A stretch of 64,000 bases of DNA from Mobula hypostoma (Eukaryota): assembly GCF_963921235.1 (NCBI RefSeq), contig NC_086098.1:5394001-5458000 (forward strand). Reading direction: 5' to 3'. The position numbers and the translations under genes are program-made. Positions 12,346 through 25,485 of this stretch are shown here, piece after piece. Numbering within the stretch: position 1 is the stretch's first letter; every line of letters starts with the position of its first letter. The notes under the pieces are model-generated. The model was not told the origin of the DNA, made no database searches, and was given only the letters and a program-made list of their open reading frames with translations.

Positions 12346-13464
12346 TTATGGAAATTTCATTCATAAGACTTTAACATTACGGATCATTCTGCACGTTAAT
12401 TCATTGAGAAGCATTGAGCTCAGGGGTTCCAACCTGGGGTCCACAGACCCCTTGGTTCTTGGTAGGGTCCATGGCATTACAAAGTTTGGCAACCATAGAC
12501 TGAACTGAACTAATGAGATAATGGTCAATAATCCCTGCCTTCCGAGAATGAGAGCAAAAATCTAGTATATCGACAGTAGGCACTGGAAAAGCACCACTGT
12601 CATATCTGCAAAGTCAGACTAATGAATAAATCCTCACAATCTGCTGAAGGAAAACTGAGCCATCCTCTTCCAGATCAACAAACATTAGGTCTTAATTATT
12701 CCCAAGTGGTTATACAGGGCTATATATCAGGTATTTCCCTGTGATTTACTGGAAATCTTCATTATGCTTCACTTTCTCTGGAACGTGAGTGTGTGGCGCA
12801 AAGAAATGGGTCTATGTTGTTTAACTTCTGCCCTGCATTTGGACAAAATCAGTAAACAGTCATTAAAAGTGTATTTCTGAAATACACTATCAATCAGATC
12901 ATTCCCTGGAGGTGGACTAGGCACTATGAAAACACCAAACATTTGTGAAAAACACATCTTGGTCACGGAATCATATTGCAAGGGATAAAGGCCATTCTGC
13001 CCAACTTCCCCATGCTGACCAGATGCCCAGACAAACCAGATCCATTTTCCCTAAATCTTTCTTATCCATCTGAGGAAATTTGGCATGTCCCCTTTGACCA
13101 GCACCATTTTTTATTGCAGCACACAAGAAAGCATCCAATCTGGTGCACCATGGCATGGTATGGAAACTGTTCTGTCCGTGACCACAAGAGACGGTCGAGA
13201 GCTGTGGACACAGCTCAGCACATCACAGCAGCCAGCCTCCCCTCCATGGACTCTCTCGGTCTGCAGAATCAAAGGCCCATCCAGCCCAGACACTCCCTCA
13301 CTTCCCCTCTCCCTAATAAAGTGTATCATTCAACCTCGTACTTTTTCGTTTACCTGCCCTCGTCATTCGGATAGAAGATACAAAAGCCTGAAGACTTAAG
13401 AACATACTCTATCCCACTGAATTGTTTCCCTGGTACAATAAGATGTTTTACCTTATACCTTGGG

Positions 13465-13835
13465 TATCGGGGTGGAAGTACGTCGCTGCCAAAGGTGGTG
13501 TAGGGCTCTTGTTCCCTCCGCTAGCCTGCAGGTTACCCTTGGGCAAGGTGTAGCACCTGCTTAGCCCCCAACCATGGTCACGTAAAACAATGGGAGTAGC
13601 TGGTAGATGGTTGTATGAGCAGCTGGTGCACATCACAAGTCCTGGTCATGCAGCCACTGACACCAGGCAGACAATCTCTGAAGAGTATTGATAATGGCTG
13701 GGGTCACCTGTCTTGTAAAGTCACTGCCCAGAAGAAGGTAAGGGCAAATACTTCTGTAGAAAAATTTGCCAAGAACAATCGTGGTCATGGAAAGACCATG
13801 ATCAACCACGATATACGACACAGCATATAATAAAC
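13465..13835 (+). mobile_element. Short retroposon with RTE/BovB-like 3' tail
   Basis: Homologous to 3885-4235; GGCAAATACTTCTGTAGAAAAATTTGCCAAGAAC tail. Confidence 0.65.
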
Positions 13836-13974
13836 AAAACTTAGTGTTCTGTGTAATGAATTGACCTGTATGAAATATTTGCTAGACAAGCTTTTCACTG
13901 TATCTCAGTTAACGTGACAGTAATAAACCAAGTGACCAGTTTATCACATGGAACCAATTACCGATTTTCTCTCC

Positions 13975-14254
13975 AATATTTTTCTTAATTTCTTACATAA
14001 AAGAACACAGAGTACAGTAGAATATATTATACATATCGATTATAATATAATGAAATTACAGATAAGGTGTAATTACCCCATATCCATATAAAATTAAATT
14101 TAAAAAGGAAAAGATCCTTAATATATAGTAGAACATATTATTTGCCGACATCTGTGCTTGATAGCAAATCAAAGATTACGAAAATAATTCAAAAAAGGTC
14201 CCCACAATGTTAAAAAATATTGTCTAGGTTTGGAAATTGAACAGCGAATCTTTT
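13975..14254 (-). mobile_element. L1-clade LINE ORF2 C-terminus and A-rich tail
   Basis: Minus strand reads KIRCSISKPRQYFLTLWGPFLNYFRNL*, the (E)KI...F...W.PF..Y ending typical of fish L1. Confidence 0.6.
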
Positions 14255-15279
14255 AAACACAGAACATTATAGAACAGTACAGGCCCTTTAGCCAACGCTG
14301 TTGCGTCAGAATTTTAGGCTATTCTGTGATTAATTTGACCCTAATAACCCTCCATTTTCTTTTCATCCATGTGCCTAATGAAGAGGCTTTTAAGTGGCTC
14401 TAAATATCCCTAATGTACCTGCCTCTACAACCACTGTTGCACATATCCACCATTCTCTGTGCAGGGTTTCTACCTTGGGCATCTCCCATATATTTCCTCC
14501 AATCACCTCAAAATTATGCCCTCATGTTATCAGCCGTATCCACTCTGGAGAAAAGTCTTAGGCTGTCCACTTGATGTATCAGAATCAGGTTTAATATCTC
14601 TGCCATATGTTGTGAAACTTGTTGATTTGAGACATCACCTTTTGAAGATGTCCTCGGTGCTGAGAAGCTTGTGTCCATGATGGTGCTGGCTGAGTTTGCA
14701 AAATTCTGCAGCTTATTCTGATCCTGTGCAGTGGCCCCCTTCATACCAGACGCCGTTATAGTGCTCACCTTCTCCAGTTCCTTGCTGACATTGGCTAGAG
14801 ATGAAAGGTACACCGGGTAAAGGCAGTGAACTCCCTCGGCAGGTAAAACGGATGAGACTTGATTGCTAGATACTCCAGAATCAGAATCAGAATCAGGTTT
14901 AATATCACCGGCATACGTAGTGAAATTTGTTAACTTTACAGCAGCAGTTCAATGCAATACGTGATAAATAAATATAGAGAAACAATCATTAAATAGATAT
15001 ATATATATATATATATATATATTTAATAGCGGTTAAAATAAATAGTGCAAAATAACAGAAATAAAAAACGTTGTGAGGTCGTGTCCGTGAGTTCAGGAAT
15101 CAGATGGCAGAGGGGAAGAAGCTGTTCCTGAATCACTGAATGTGTACCTTCAGGCTTCTGTATCTCCTACCAGTGTGAAGAGGCCATGTCCTGGGTGATG
15201 GAGATCCTTAATGATGGACACCACCTTCCTAAGGCACCACTCCTTGAGGCTGTCTTGGATGCTACAGGGGCTGGTTAAT

Positions 15280-15690
15280 CAGTCCTGACCAGGTCAGGTA
15301 AGCAAGGCTGAGACAGAATTGCCATGTCCGTGCACTATGATAAAACATACTCCATCTCTTCTAGCTTTAACAGACTCAGATGTCCTGTCTTTGTAGAGAA
15401 TAATGAACCCCTTGGCTTGTAACACTTCATCTGAAATGGTACAGGTGAACCATGTTTCTGTGAAACAAAATACGGTATACAGCAGTTCCCGATGTCCCTC
15501 TGGTACAGAAATCTTGTTCTGAGGTCTTCAGTTTTATTTTCCAGAAACTGCACAGCAGCTATCAGAATAGTTGAGCGAGGGAGCCTAAGTCAATTGTACC
15601 CGTAGCCCAGCATGCCTTTGGTGCTTCCATTTTCTTGAAGGGGAACTTGCCTAGTGACCTGAGTATGCCTTCTGGAGTCCACCCATTTTG
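15280..15690 (-). mobile_element. Rex1/Babar N-terminal endonuclease fragment
   Basis: ILIAAVQFLENKTEDLRTRFLYQRDIGNCC..TETW, matching the LLANVQSLENK...FTETW motif. Confidence 0.75.
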
Positions 15691-15699
15691 ATGTTTGGT

Positions 15700-16362
15700 A
15701 GATAACTTTTTATATGTATGTGTCTTATCACTTTGTGCCCCTCTATCAAGTCATCAGTTTACCAATTTACCTGCCCATTTCACTTCTCAGCTCCCTATTA
15801 CTTCTCCCTAGGTCCCTTTCTCCTTATTGTCCACTGTCCTCTCCTATCAGAGTTTTTCTCCTGCAGCCCTTTACCTTTCCCACCCACCTGGCTTTACCTG
15901 TCACCATCTAGCTATTCTCCTTCCCCACCCTCCACCTTTTTATTCTGGTATCTTCCCCCTTCCTTCTGAGTCCTGAAGGAGGATCTTGGCCTGAAATATT
16001 GACTGTTTATTCTTTTCCATTGATGCTGCCTAACCTGCTGATTTCCTCCAACAATTTGTGTGTGTTGCTACCAATTTACCTGTCCAGGTATCTCATAAGT
16101 GATGTTACGAAGCACAGAGACAGTCCCTTTTGTGCAGGGGTTCTGTGCCAACTATTTAACACTCAAATATACCGATCCTACTCTAATACTGCTTTATTCA
16201 ATCTCTTACTAGCTCTTCTTTCAGTTAGTCCTGACGAAGGGTCTCGGCCCGAAATGTCGACTGTACCTTTTCCTATAGATGCTGCCTGGCCTGCTGCGTT
16301 CACCAGCAACTTTTATGTGTGCTGCTTGAAACTCCAGCATCTGCAGATTTCCTCGTGTTACT
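15700..16362 (+). mobile_element. Two tandem PLE 3' termini (old 15700-16070; younger 16198-16362)
   Basis: Pyrimidine-rich pseudo-LTR with hammerhead motifs at ~15969 (decayed) and 16227-16262. Confidence 0.8.
16227..16262 (+). ncRNA. Minimal hammerhead ribozyme motif
   Basis: AGTC CTGACGA AGGGTCTCGGCCC GAAAT GTC GACT; perfect stems I and II, C>T in the stem III palindrome. Confidence 0.8.
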
Positions 16363-17334
16363 GTTTTATTCTTGTCACAAAGTTATTGGTATCCTGCAAT
16401 TAACTTGCCAGTCTTACATTTTTTTGCGATGTGGAGAGGAAACGGGACTGTCTGGAGGGAACTTGCAGTCACTTGGAGAAAATGCAAACTCATGCAGAAA
16501 GCGACAGTAGAGAGGATTCATTCCAGATCACTGGCATTGTGAAGGTGCAGTACTGTTACCTGGCTCTCTGCATCATTTGTTTCAAATATTCAAAATACAC
16601 TTGTTACCAAAGTACTGCACGTATAGAGAATACCACTCTGAGATTTGTCCTCCTGCAGGCAGCCACAAAACAAAGAATCACCATGGAACCCGTTCAAGAT
16701 AACATAAAGCACACAATATGCAAAAAAAAGGACTAATTGTGCAAACAGTAAAAAGCAAGTGAACAACACATTTATTTACTTTCTTATTTGTTTGTTTGTT
16801 TAGAGATACAGCACATGGAACAGGGCCTTCCGGCCTAGTGAGCCACACAGCCCAGTAAACCACCTATTTAACTCCAGCCTAATCATTGGGCAATTTACAA
16901 AGATCAGCTCACCTACTATTAAAACTGCACTAGGTTATCACTCCTGACAATCTCAAGGAATTTTTTAACTCAAAACGTTAGTTCAAAAATGAAGTTCATT
17001 CAAAATAATTTTAGAATGATTTTGTATTTGTTAAACAGTAAATTAGTTTTGTGTGCAAAGTTGTGGAGAGAAATAATTTTGAAAAACCAGTCAACTTGCA
17101 TCACAATTGATAACAACACTTAAAAATAAAGAACTACTCTCCCATTTGAGTGTCCACGTCTGCAAAGTTTACAATATTCAGAAAAAATTATTCCAAATAT
17201 CTCGAGTTTTTCTCTTAGGAGTGAAGGAGGCTGAGAAGTTTCTTGATAGGGGCAAATACGATTATAGGAGGCATATATTGAGCAGGTAGCTAGAAACTCT
17301 TCTCTCGCAGGTCATTCCGACATTCTGCAGGCCC

Positions 17335-18720
17335 AATCTGTGGGAGGAGCAGGCCACAGCAAATTAAATAAAGAAGGGATAAGCAGGGTGGCCATTGTTG
17401 GGAGTAGGCTAGTGGTGAGACCTGGTGTGTCAGGCTTCAACTCGGAAGAGGAGTTGTCTCTGGGTAAGGTTCCCTTTTTTTCCCTCTCTCTTGCTGCACT
17501 TAGTGTAGTAAATATCTGTTGTGTGTTCTACATTCTGGATGTTGGAGTCCTGGGAGATCCAAAGCTCCTTCAGGACTGTGTTAGGCAGCAACTGTTTGAC
17601 CTTTGTCTTCTACAGGAGAGTGTGGCGATAATGAGTTACAGGGAAGCAGTCACTCCAAAGTTGCAGGAGGTGGGTAGCTGGGTGTCTGTCAGGAGAAATG
17701 GAAATGTGAATAGGCAGTTAGAGTGACCACCCCTGTGGCTATTCCCCTCAAAAATAAGTACACTGTTTTGGATACTTTTGTAGAGGAAGATCTCCCAGTG
17801 GAATGTCATGGAGACCAGGTTACTGGCATCGAACATGGGTCTGTGGTGCAGAAGGGAAGGAGGGAGAAGGGGGGAGATGTAGTGATAGGGGGCTCAGTAG
17901 TCAGAGGAAGAGACAGGAGATTCTGTGGATGTAAATGGGACACTCGGATGGTATGTTGCCTCCCAGGTGCCAGGGTGAGGGACGTCTCAGATCACGTCCA
18001 TAACATTTTGGAGAGGGAGGGAGAGCAGCCAGATGTCTTGGTACATATTGGTACCAATGACATAGAAAGGAAAAGCAAAGTGGTCCTGGAAAGAGAATTT
18101 AGAGAGAAAGGAAGAAAACTGAGAAGCAGGACCTCCAGGGCAGTAATTTCTGGATTGCTGCCTGTGCCATGCATCAGTGAGGATAGAAACAGGATGATTT
18201 GGCAGATAAATGTGTGGCTGAGAAGCTGGTGCAGGGGGCAGCACTTCAGGTTCTTGGATCACTAGGATCTCTCTTGGGGGTGGTAGGACCTGTTCAAAAG
18301 TGACAGGTTGCACCTGAACCCAAGGGGGACCAATATTCTCCATGCAGGTTTGTTAGAGCTGTTGGGGAAACATTGAACTAATTTGGCAGGGGGTGGGAAC
18401 TGAAATGAAGGGACTCAGGATAGGACGGATGGTGAAAAAAGCGAAGATAATGTTCAGTCAGACTGTCAAGAAGAGCAGGCAGGTGATAGGACAAAATTAC
18501 AGCCAGCAGGGTGAGTACAAGTGCATTAGGGATACAAAACTAAAGGGGAGTTGTAAATACCACACTCGAAATGTTACATCTCAATGCATGGAGTTTAAAA
18601 AATAAGGTGGACGACCTTGTTACATTTTTACAGATTGTCGGGTACAATGTTGTGGCTGAAGGACGTTTGTAGTTGGGAGATAAATGCCCAGGGTTACATA
18701 TTGTATTGGTTGGGAGAAAA
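17335..18720 (+). mobile_element. CR1 5' region: ORF1 (SGNH esterase-like) pseudogene and ORF2 start
   Basis: ORF 17723-18265 VVIGGSVVRG, CLPGARV, VHIGTNDI, then D.LHLN past a stop; decayed LNA..KNKVDDL endonuclease start near 18580. Confidence 0.88.
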
Positions 18721-19129
18721 ATATAGGGCGCACTGTCACAAGTAGAGTTTTTACACAGCAAGTTTTAAAACAGATTGCCGGTGTAGAGGCAGGTACATTT
18801 AAAAGACCTGTAGATAGGCAACGTGGATGAAAAATGGAGGATAATGTGGGAGAGAAGGGTTAGATTGAACTTAGAGCAGGTTAAATGGCTGGCCAATATC
18901 ATGGGCTGAATGGCAGTGTTATTCTACCTTCTACTGTGAGTTAACGATCTGCTAAGAAATGAGGCTGAATAGTTTTCTCTCGTTCCCTGGCTCTGGACAG
19001 CGTGTAAATGCTCAATAAATGTATCTGATTCTCATTAATCAGTGTGGATAATTAACTCATTCCCGAGGGAAAAACCTCATGGCAGATTTCTCAGCTGGAT
19101 AAGACAGACATCTTCCTAAATCAATCGCG

Positions 19130-19570
19130 GAATCTGAAGTCTGATGTTTTGCGCAGCAGTGCAGTTCAAGGACAAAAAGTCTATAAATTACTAAAAAACA
19201 CTAAACAGCATACAAATAAGGAATGAACAGGTGGTGTTCATGGACCATTCAGAAATCTGATGGTGGAGGGGAAGAAGCTGCTTTTGAGAAACTGAGTGTG
19301 GGTCTTCAGGCTTCTGCATCTCCGCTCCGTTGGTAGAAGTGAGAAGAGCAAATTCTTGATGGTGGGGGTTCCTAATGATGGATGCTGCCATCTTGAGCAT
19401 CACTTCTTGAAAATGTCCTTGATGGTGGGAGGGGTTGTGTCCACGATGGAACTGGCTGAGACGACAGTCCTTTGATCCTAAGCATTGTAGCCTTCATACC
19501 AAGTAATGCATCCTGTCAGGATGCTCTCCATTGTACACCTTGAGGAATTTGTAAGTCTTTGTTGACATAC
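19130..19570 (-). mobile_element. Rex1/Babar 3' end (representative of many copies)
   Basis: AASIIRNPHH and QKQLLPLHHQ frames; (CTGATT)n tail. Similar ends at ~14578-15270, 21555-22970(+), 33636-34270, 38510-38715(+), 54118-54670, 58745-59010, 61587-61873(+). Confidence 0.75.
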
Positions 19571-21672
19571 TTGTTGTTTCATACGGCATGGCTCGGAGAG
19601 GCAGACCCAAGTCTGTCCATTTGGAAGCCAGGGTTGAATATACTGAATTCCTTTGTATACAGTACTGACATACTGAATCCTATTGAATACATTTAAAGTT
19701 CAAAAGTTCAAAGTTCAAAGTACATTTATCATCAAAGCAGTACAATATACACAACCCTGAGATTCGTCTCCTTACAGGCAGCCACTAAACAAAGAAACCT
19801 TATAGAACTATTTAAAAAAGATAGTCAAACACCCAATGTGCAGAAAATAAACAAATTGTGCAAACAACAAAGTAAGTAAATAACATTCAGAACTAAAGTT
19901 CACAGAAGTGAGTTCACAGCCATGAGAACAGTCATCACTGTAGCTGATTCAGGAGCCCATTATGTGCAGGCCATGGCCTCAGTTCAGTACAGAGATGGGT
20001 AAACCTTGCAGTGCAGTGAGCTGAACAGGCATTAACACCCTGACCTTTTCAATATGGCCCGGCGCTTAAATTGTCCAAACCTTGGATCATTCTTTTCTCT
20101 CAGACCTGGGCCCTACACTCTCAGGCCTGGGTCTCGCTGCCTCGATTCTCCCCATCCCTGACCTTTCCAATTTGGATCAGGTGCTTAAATCAATCAAAGT
20201 TTGGGTCTCTTCTCACTCGTGCCCAGGCTCAGGACCCGTTGCCTCGACTTCACATCGCCTCCACTTGCTTTGCCTCCAATTCCGCTCCAGCAATGGCCAA
20301 ACAATGACTTAATCCCCACTCTCATGTCTGGGCATTGTTGCCTGGATTCAGCCTGTACATGCCGGGCCACAACTGTCCTTCACCTTCGAGACTTCCGTTC
20401 ACACTGCAACAATGCCGGTTCACACGGGCAGTTCAACAGGTCAGCTCCAGAAAGGAAGTTACAGGAAATTGATAGCAGTGATTGCATCTGAGAAAATATG
20501 TGCATAATACAGTAATTTTTTGTTCTGTTTGCTGCCAGCAAGTCGTCGCTGGGCTTTACCAGCACCATCGAGGGATCGAGGGCATGCTCTGTTTTTGCTT
20601 CTATCATCAAGCAGGGCTAGAGAAACCATAGATCCCACACCGCCAAGTTCAGGATCCCTCAACCATCAGACTCCTGAACCACAGCTCTGAACTAAGTTTA
20701 CCACCTACAGACTCACTATCAAGGATTATTTAAAACACATGTTCTCAATGCTATTTTTATTTTCACAGTTTGTCTTCTTTTGCACATTGGTTGTTTGTCG
20801 GACTTTTTCTGTTTATGTACAGTTTTTCACAAAATACTATTTTGATTCTTTTTTTTTCCTGCAGGTGCCGGCATACACCCACACACCACCACACTCTGTG
20901 TAAAAGAATTTCCCTCTGACATCCTCCTCCTAAACTTTCCTCCAATCACATTAAAATTATGCCCTTGAGTTAGCCATTTCCACCCTGGCTGTCCACTCTA
21001 CCTAAGCCTCTTACCATCTTGAACATCTCCATCCAGTCGCCTGTCAATATTTCTTGGGTTCTGAATCATTACTTGTCTGTAATAAAATTGTCCCAAAGCT
21101 TGTTCAGATCGTATCTAAGTTCCAAATTCTGAGGTTGAGTCACTGTGAATGAATGAATTCTAACCAGGCCATTGGAGATACTTTGCCTGGGTTAATTCTG
21201 GGTCTGGTGCCCCATGCTAAGTCCATATAGCTAATGTAACCAATGTATGTCATTAGAACATTCCTCCTTGCATTAAATTATAGTCTAGGTAAGTGGATTA
21301 GGAGGAAAGTGAAAGATCATTTTGCTTTAGCAGCAGCTAATTTTAATTATACTTAGTATAAAAATGGCATTGCTTCCTTTTGCAGTAATCAGCCTTGAGG
21401 TAGGAAGATATCGTCCTGGAATGAGTTTCAAGCAGTATCTCATCAACTTCTCCACTCACTAATATAAGGAAGTTTTCAGAATTCAGATTTCAGAGTCATC
21501 TATTTATTAAATGTATCCGGTAAATGTCCATGCAATAAAGAAACGTGTCCATCATGGACCCTTGGCTCCCCACCATCGAGGACAAAACACTGCATCCATC
21601 ATTAAGGACCCTCATCACCCAGGATATGTTGTATACTCACTACCATCAGGAAAAGGTACGTGATCCTGAAGG

Positions 21673-22558
21673 TGTGACAAGTTAAAGGATAACACACTAA
21701 AGATCTGTTAAGTTTAAAAAGGCAGTAAATTCAATGCTGTGATAAGGTTAAAAGGATCATACGATCATGAGCAACAATTTATAAGGTGTTTAAAAACAGT
21801 AAAAACATATGTTAAAAAGGGATAAAATGCTGAAAGATATTTAATGCATTTCTTTGTTTATTTCATTCTTTAATGTTAAAAGTTAAGCTCCAATAGTATT
21901 ATCAGTGATCTGCAGAGTAGCCTTGATCTGCTAGCCTGAAGTCGATTGCTTTTGTCTGCACCCACATACCCGGGAGAAAGCGCGGCAGTTTCCTCACTTT
22001 AGTAAATGCTGTCAACGAGGCAGCGCCGCGATTTCTCCCCGTTTTTCAGGTGTGTTGTCGGTAATTTACCCTGTTGAAGGGGTCATGATAACTTTCTAAC
22101 ATCTTTAAAGTGTCAAGAGAGTGTTTATGTAACGATTTGACTCCGTTAAGATTAATGTTTTGCCGAGTTTATTAAAGTGTGTGTGTGTGTGTGTGAGCGA
22201 AGCCACCGCCAGTTTGTGTAACCACGCCGAGTGCGTTTGCTGTGTGCACGTCTGTAAATGTATTTTGCACAATTGTTTGTGTATTGTTATTTAGCAACTT
22301 TATCAAGTTTTGTGAGAGTTTACTGAGCTCATGCTGCATATCATTCACCAGTAACAGTAGAGAAAGTAAGTATGTCTCAGGGAAATACTGTATATTGCTG
22401 TAATTTACAGAGGGTATGTATTCTACCCGACCAATTTGTTGTGAAGATATTTTTTTTGTAATTTGTATATATTTGTGATGACTTTAGTAAATGCTCTCAA
22501 TGAGGCAACACCACATCACTGTCGTGATTATTTCTCTCTGTTTCTCAGGGGCGTAACA
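21673..22558. mobile_element. Solo LTR, 886 bp
   Basis: TGTGAC...GTAACA termini; exact 4-bp TSD AAGG (21669-21672 and 22559-22562); the host Rex tail CCTGAAGG|CACGCACTCAACG is continuous. Confidence 0.88.
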
Positions 22559-22656
22559 AAGGCACGCACTCAACGTTTCAGGAATAGCTTCTTCACCCCT
22601 GCCGTCAGCTTTCTGAATGGACAATGAATCCATGAACACAACCTCACTACTTTTGT

Positions 22657-22849
22657 AACACGCATAAAAGTTTCAGGCCGAGCCCCTTCGTCAGGACTAA
22701 CTGAATCTAACTTCAGTTAGTCCTGACGAAGGGTCTCGGCCTGAAACATCGACTGTACCTCTTCCTAGAGATGCTGCCTGGCCTGCTGCGTTCACCAGCA
22801 ACTTTTATGTGTGTTGCTTGAATTTCCAGCATCTGCAGAATTCCTGTTG
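22657..22849. mobile_element. 193-bp PLE-derived fold-back mini-element with two inverted hammerhead motifs
   Basis: Exact 14-bp TSD CTCACTACTTTTGT (22643-22656 and 22850-22863); 36-bp inverted arms 22670-22705 and 22712-22747 with one mismatch. Confidence 0.9.
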
Positions 22850-22995
22850 CTCACTACTTTTGTTCTCTTTTTGCCATGCTTTATATATATGTATATATAT
22901 CTTATGTAATTTATAGAATATTTTATGTATTGCACTGTACTGCTGCTGCAAAAGAACAAATTTTATGACACATTGTACAATCAGTGTACATAATA

Positions 22996-23704
22996 TGTAG
23001 CCCCCAGGTAAGCCTCAGGTTTGCTCAGCTCGCTGTCGTCTAGGGGAAGCAGCCTGTGGCCTCGCCAAACTGGGTAATAGTTTGTGTGGATGCTGTATGA
23101 TGTACCCCACCCCGACAAATAACAGACAATACACCATATACAATTAAATGATTACACTGTATAGATCTTACTGGAACTATATAATTAATAGAGATAAAAT
23201 ATAAAAGGAAAATAAAAGGTGCCAAACTTATCAAAGATCAACCACTTCATGCGCAACACTTGGAGCTCAATTAACGGAGTCCTCTTTCCACCATTCGATC
23301 CCCTCTGACCCCCTCGACCCGCCGCCGGGACCAACCACGGTGGTCGACCAGATGCTCCACACGAGTCTCTCTTCGTCTCCTCTCCTCACTGAAGACCCTG
23401 GGCCTCGGACTCCCGCTCAGGGTCAGTCCTGCCGCCCAGGGTCACAGCATCGCGCCTCCTCTTTCTGTCCCTTCCGCGCCAAAGCCCCCGAAACACAATA
23501 GCTTACAGACACAGAAGAAAGAATAACATCTATCCCAATTGGTTCATTCTCTCTCTTATCAATAATATAATCCAAACAAGCAGACAGAGAGAGAGAACTC
23601 CTTACATTGCAGTTATTATTACAGAAAAGCCATTTTTATTCTAACATAACAAAGAAGCCATTTTGTTAGTCTTCGCAGTAAAATAAAAGAAGAATCCCCT
23701 TACA
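22996..23704. mobile_element. Probable solo LTR (~709 bp)
   Basis: TGTAG...TTACA termini (TGTA/TACA inverted), CpG-rich non-coding body with sharp edges; no clear TSD because the right side abuts a (TG)(TA)(CA) microsatellite. Confidence 0.65.
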
Positions 23705-23710
23705 TGTGTA

Positions 23711-23758
<48 letters not shown>

Positions 23759-25057
23759 TACAGTATGGAGTCATGGAAAACTACAACACAAAAACAGGCC
23801 CTTTAGCCCATCTAGTCAATGCCAAACCATTTAAAATGCCATTGACCTGCACCCGGACCATAGTCCTCCATAACCCTTCCATCCAATGAGGATCACATCC
23901 ACCACTTACACTGGCAGCTCGTTTCACGCTCTTATGTTTAACCCCTGAAACGTTTCATCTTTCACCCTGAACTCATGATCTCTAATTGCAGTCCTACCCA
24001 ACCTCAGTGGAAAAAGCCTGCTTGCATTTACCCTATCATTACCCCTCATAATTTTGTATACCTCTATCAAATCTCAGATCACTCTTCTATGTTCCAAGAC
24101 ATAAAGCGTGAACCTATTCAATCTTTCCTTATAACTCAGGTCCTCCAGTCCCAGCAACATCAGGTTTTGATTCTGAAACTTGCACTGAAATGCACCATTT
24201 GCATTAGCAACCAAGACAACTTGAGGATGTGCCGGGGGTACCCACAAATGTTGCAACACATTCCAGCGTCACCACAGCATGTCCACAATGTTCAGTAGAA
24301 CAACACAAATAACAACAGCAACAGCTAAACAAGCCCCTTTTTTCAGGCAAGGATACCTACAGTATGCTTAAGAAGCACAGTTTTATCCATAAGACCATTA
24401 GTAGCAGAGTTAAGTCATTTGGTGCACCAATTCCACTCCCCGATTCCATCATAGCTGATGTATTTTCCCTTTCATCCCTATTCTCCAACTTTCTTCCTGT
24501 CACCTTTAACGACCTGACAAATCAAGAACCTATCAACTTTTGCTTTAAATACACTTTGCCTCCACAGCTGTCTGTGGCAATAAATTCCACAGATTCCCCA
24601 CTCTCTGGCTGAAGAATAATAAACCAATGTGAAACTAGAACGCAAAAATGCAAGTAAAGTTTAAACACAAGAGATTCTGCAGATGCTGGAAATCCATAGT
24701 AACACACAAAATGCTGGAGGAACTCAAGTCAGGCAGTATCTATGGAGATGAATAACCATTTGACATTTTGACCAATAAGACCATAAAATATAGGATCAGA
24801 ATTAGGCTATTTGGTCCATTGAGTCTGCTCTGCCATCTCATAATGGCTGATCCAATTTTCCTCTCAACTCCAATCTCCTACCTTCTCCCCATATTCATTC
24901 ATGCACTGACCAATCACCGATCTATCCATCTCTGCCTTGATCATACATAAACGCTTGGCTTTCACAGCCGCCTGTGGCAACAAATTTCACATATTCACCA
25001 CTCTCCGATTAAAGAAATTCCTTCTCATCTTTAGTCTGAAAGGATGTCCCTCTACTT

Positions 25058-25485
25058 TGAGACCCTTCATCAGGACTGGAAAGGAAGAGGGAAGAAGACA
25101 GATTACAAAGGTGGGGAGAGGGAAAGGCGTACAATCTAAAAAGTGATAGGTGAGACCAGATGAGAGGGAAGGTGGGTGGGTGGGGTAGTGAGATGAAATA
25201 AGAAGCTGGAGATGATACGTGTAAAAGGTAAAGTGTTGAAGAAGAAGGAATCTCAGATGAGATGAGAGCGGACCATGGGAGAAGGGGAAGGAGGAAAGGC
25301 ACCAGGGAGAGGTGACAGGCAGGTAAAGAGAAGACAAAGGGCAACAGGGCATTTAGAAAAGGGAGTGGACAGAAGAGATGGGAAGGGGGGAGAAATTAAA
25401 AGAAGATAGTGGACAGAAGAGGAGGGAAGGGGGAGAAATTAAAAAAAGGTAGAGAAATTGATGTTCATTGCATCAGGTTGGCTTA
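25058..25485 (-). mobile_element. PLE pseudo-LTR fragment
   Basis: GAGACCCTTCATCAGGACTGG (partial hammerhead), purine-rich body, 44-bp tandem duplication at ~25364-25450. Confidence 0.75.
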
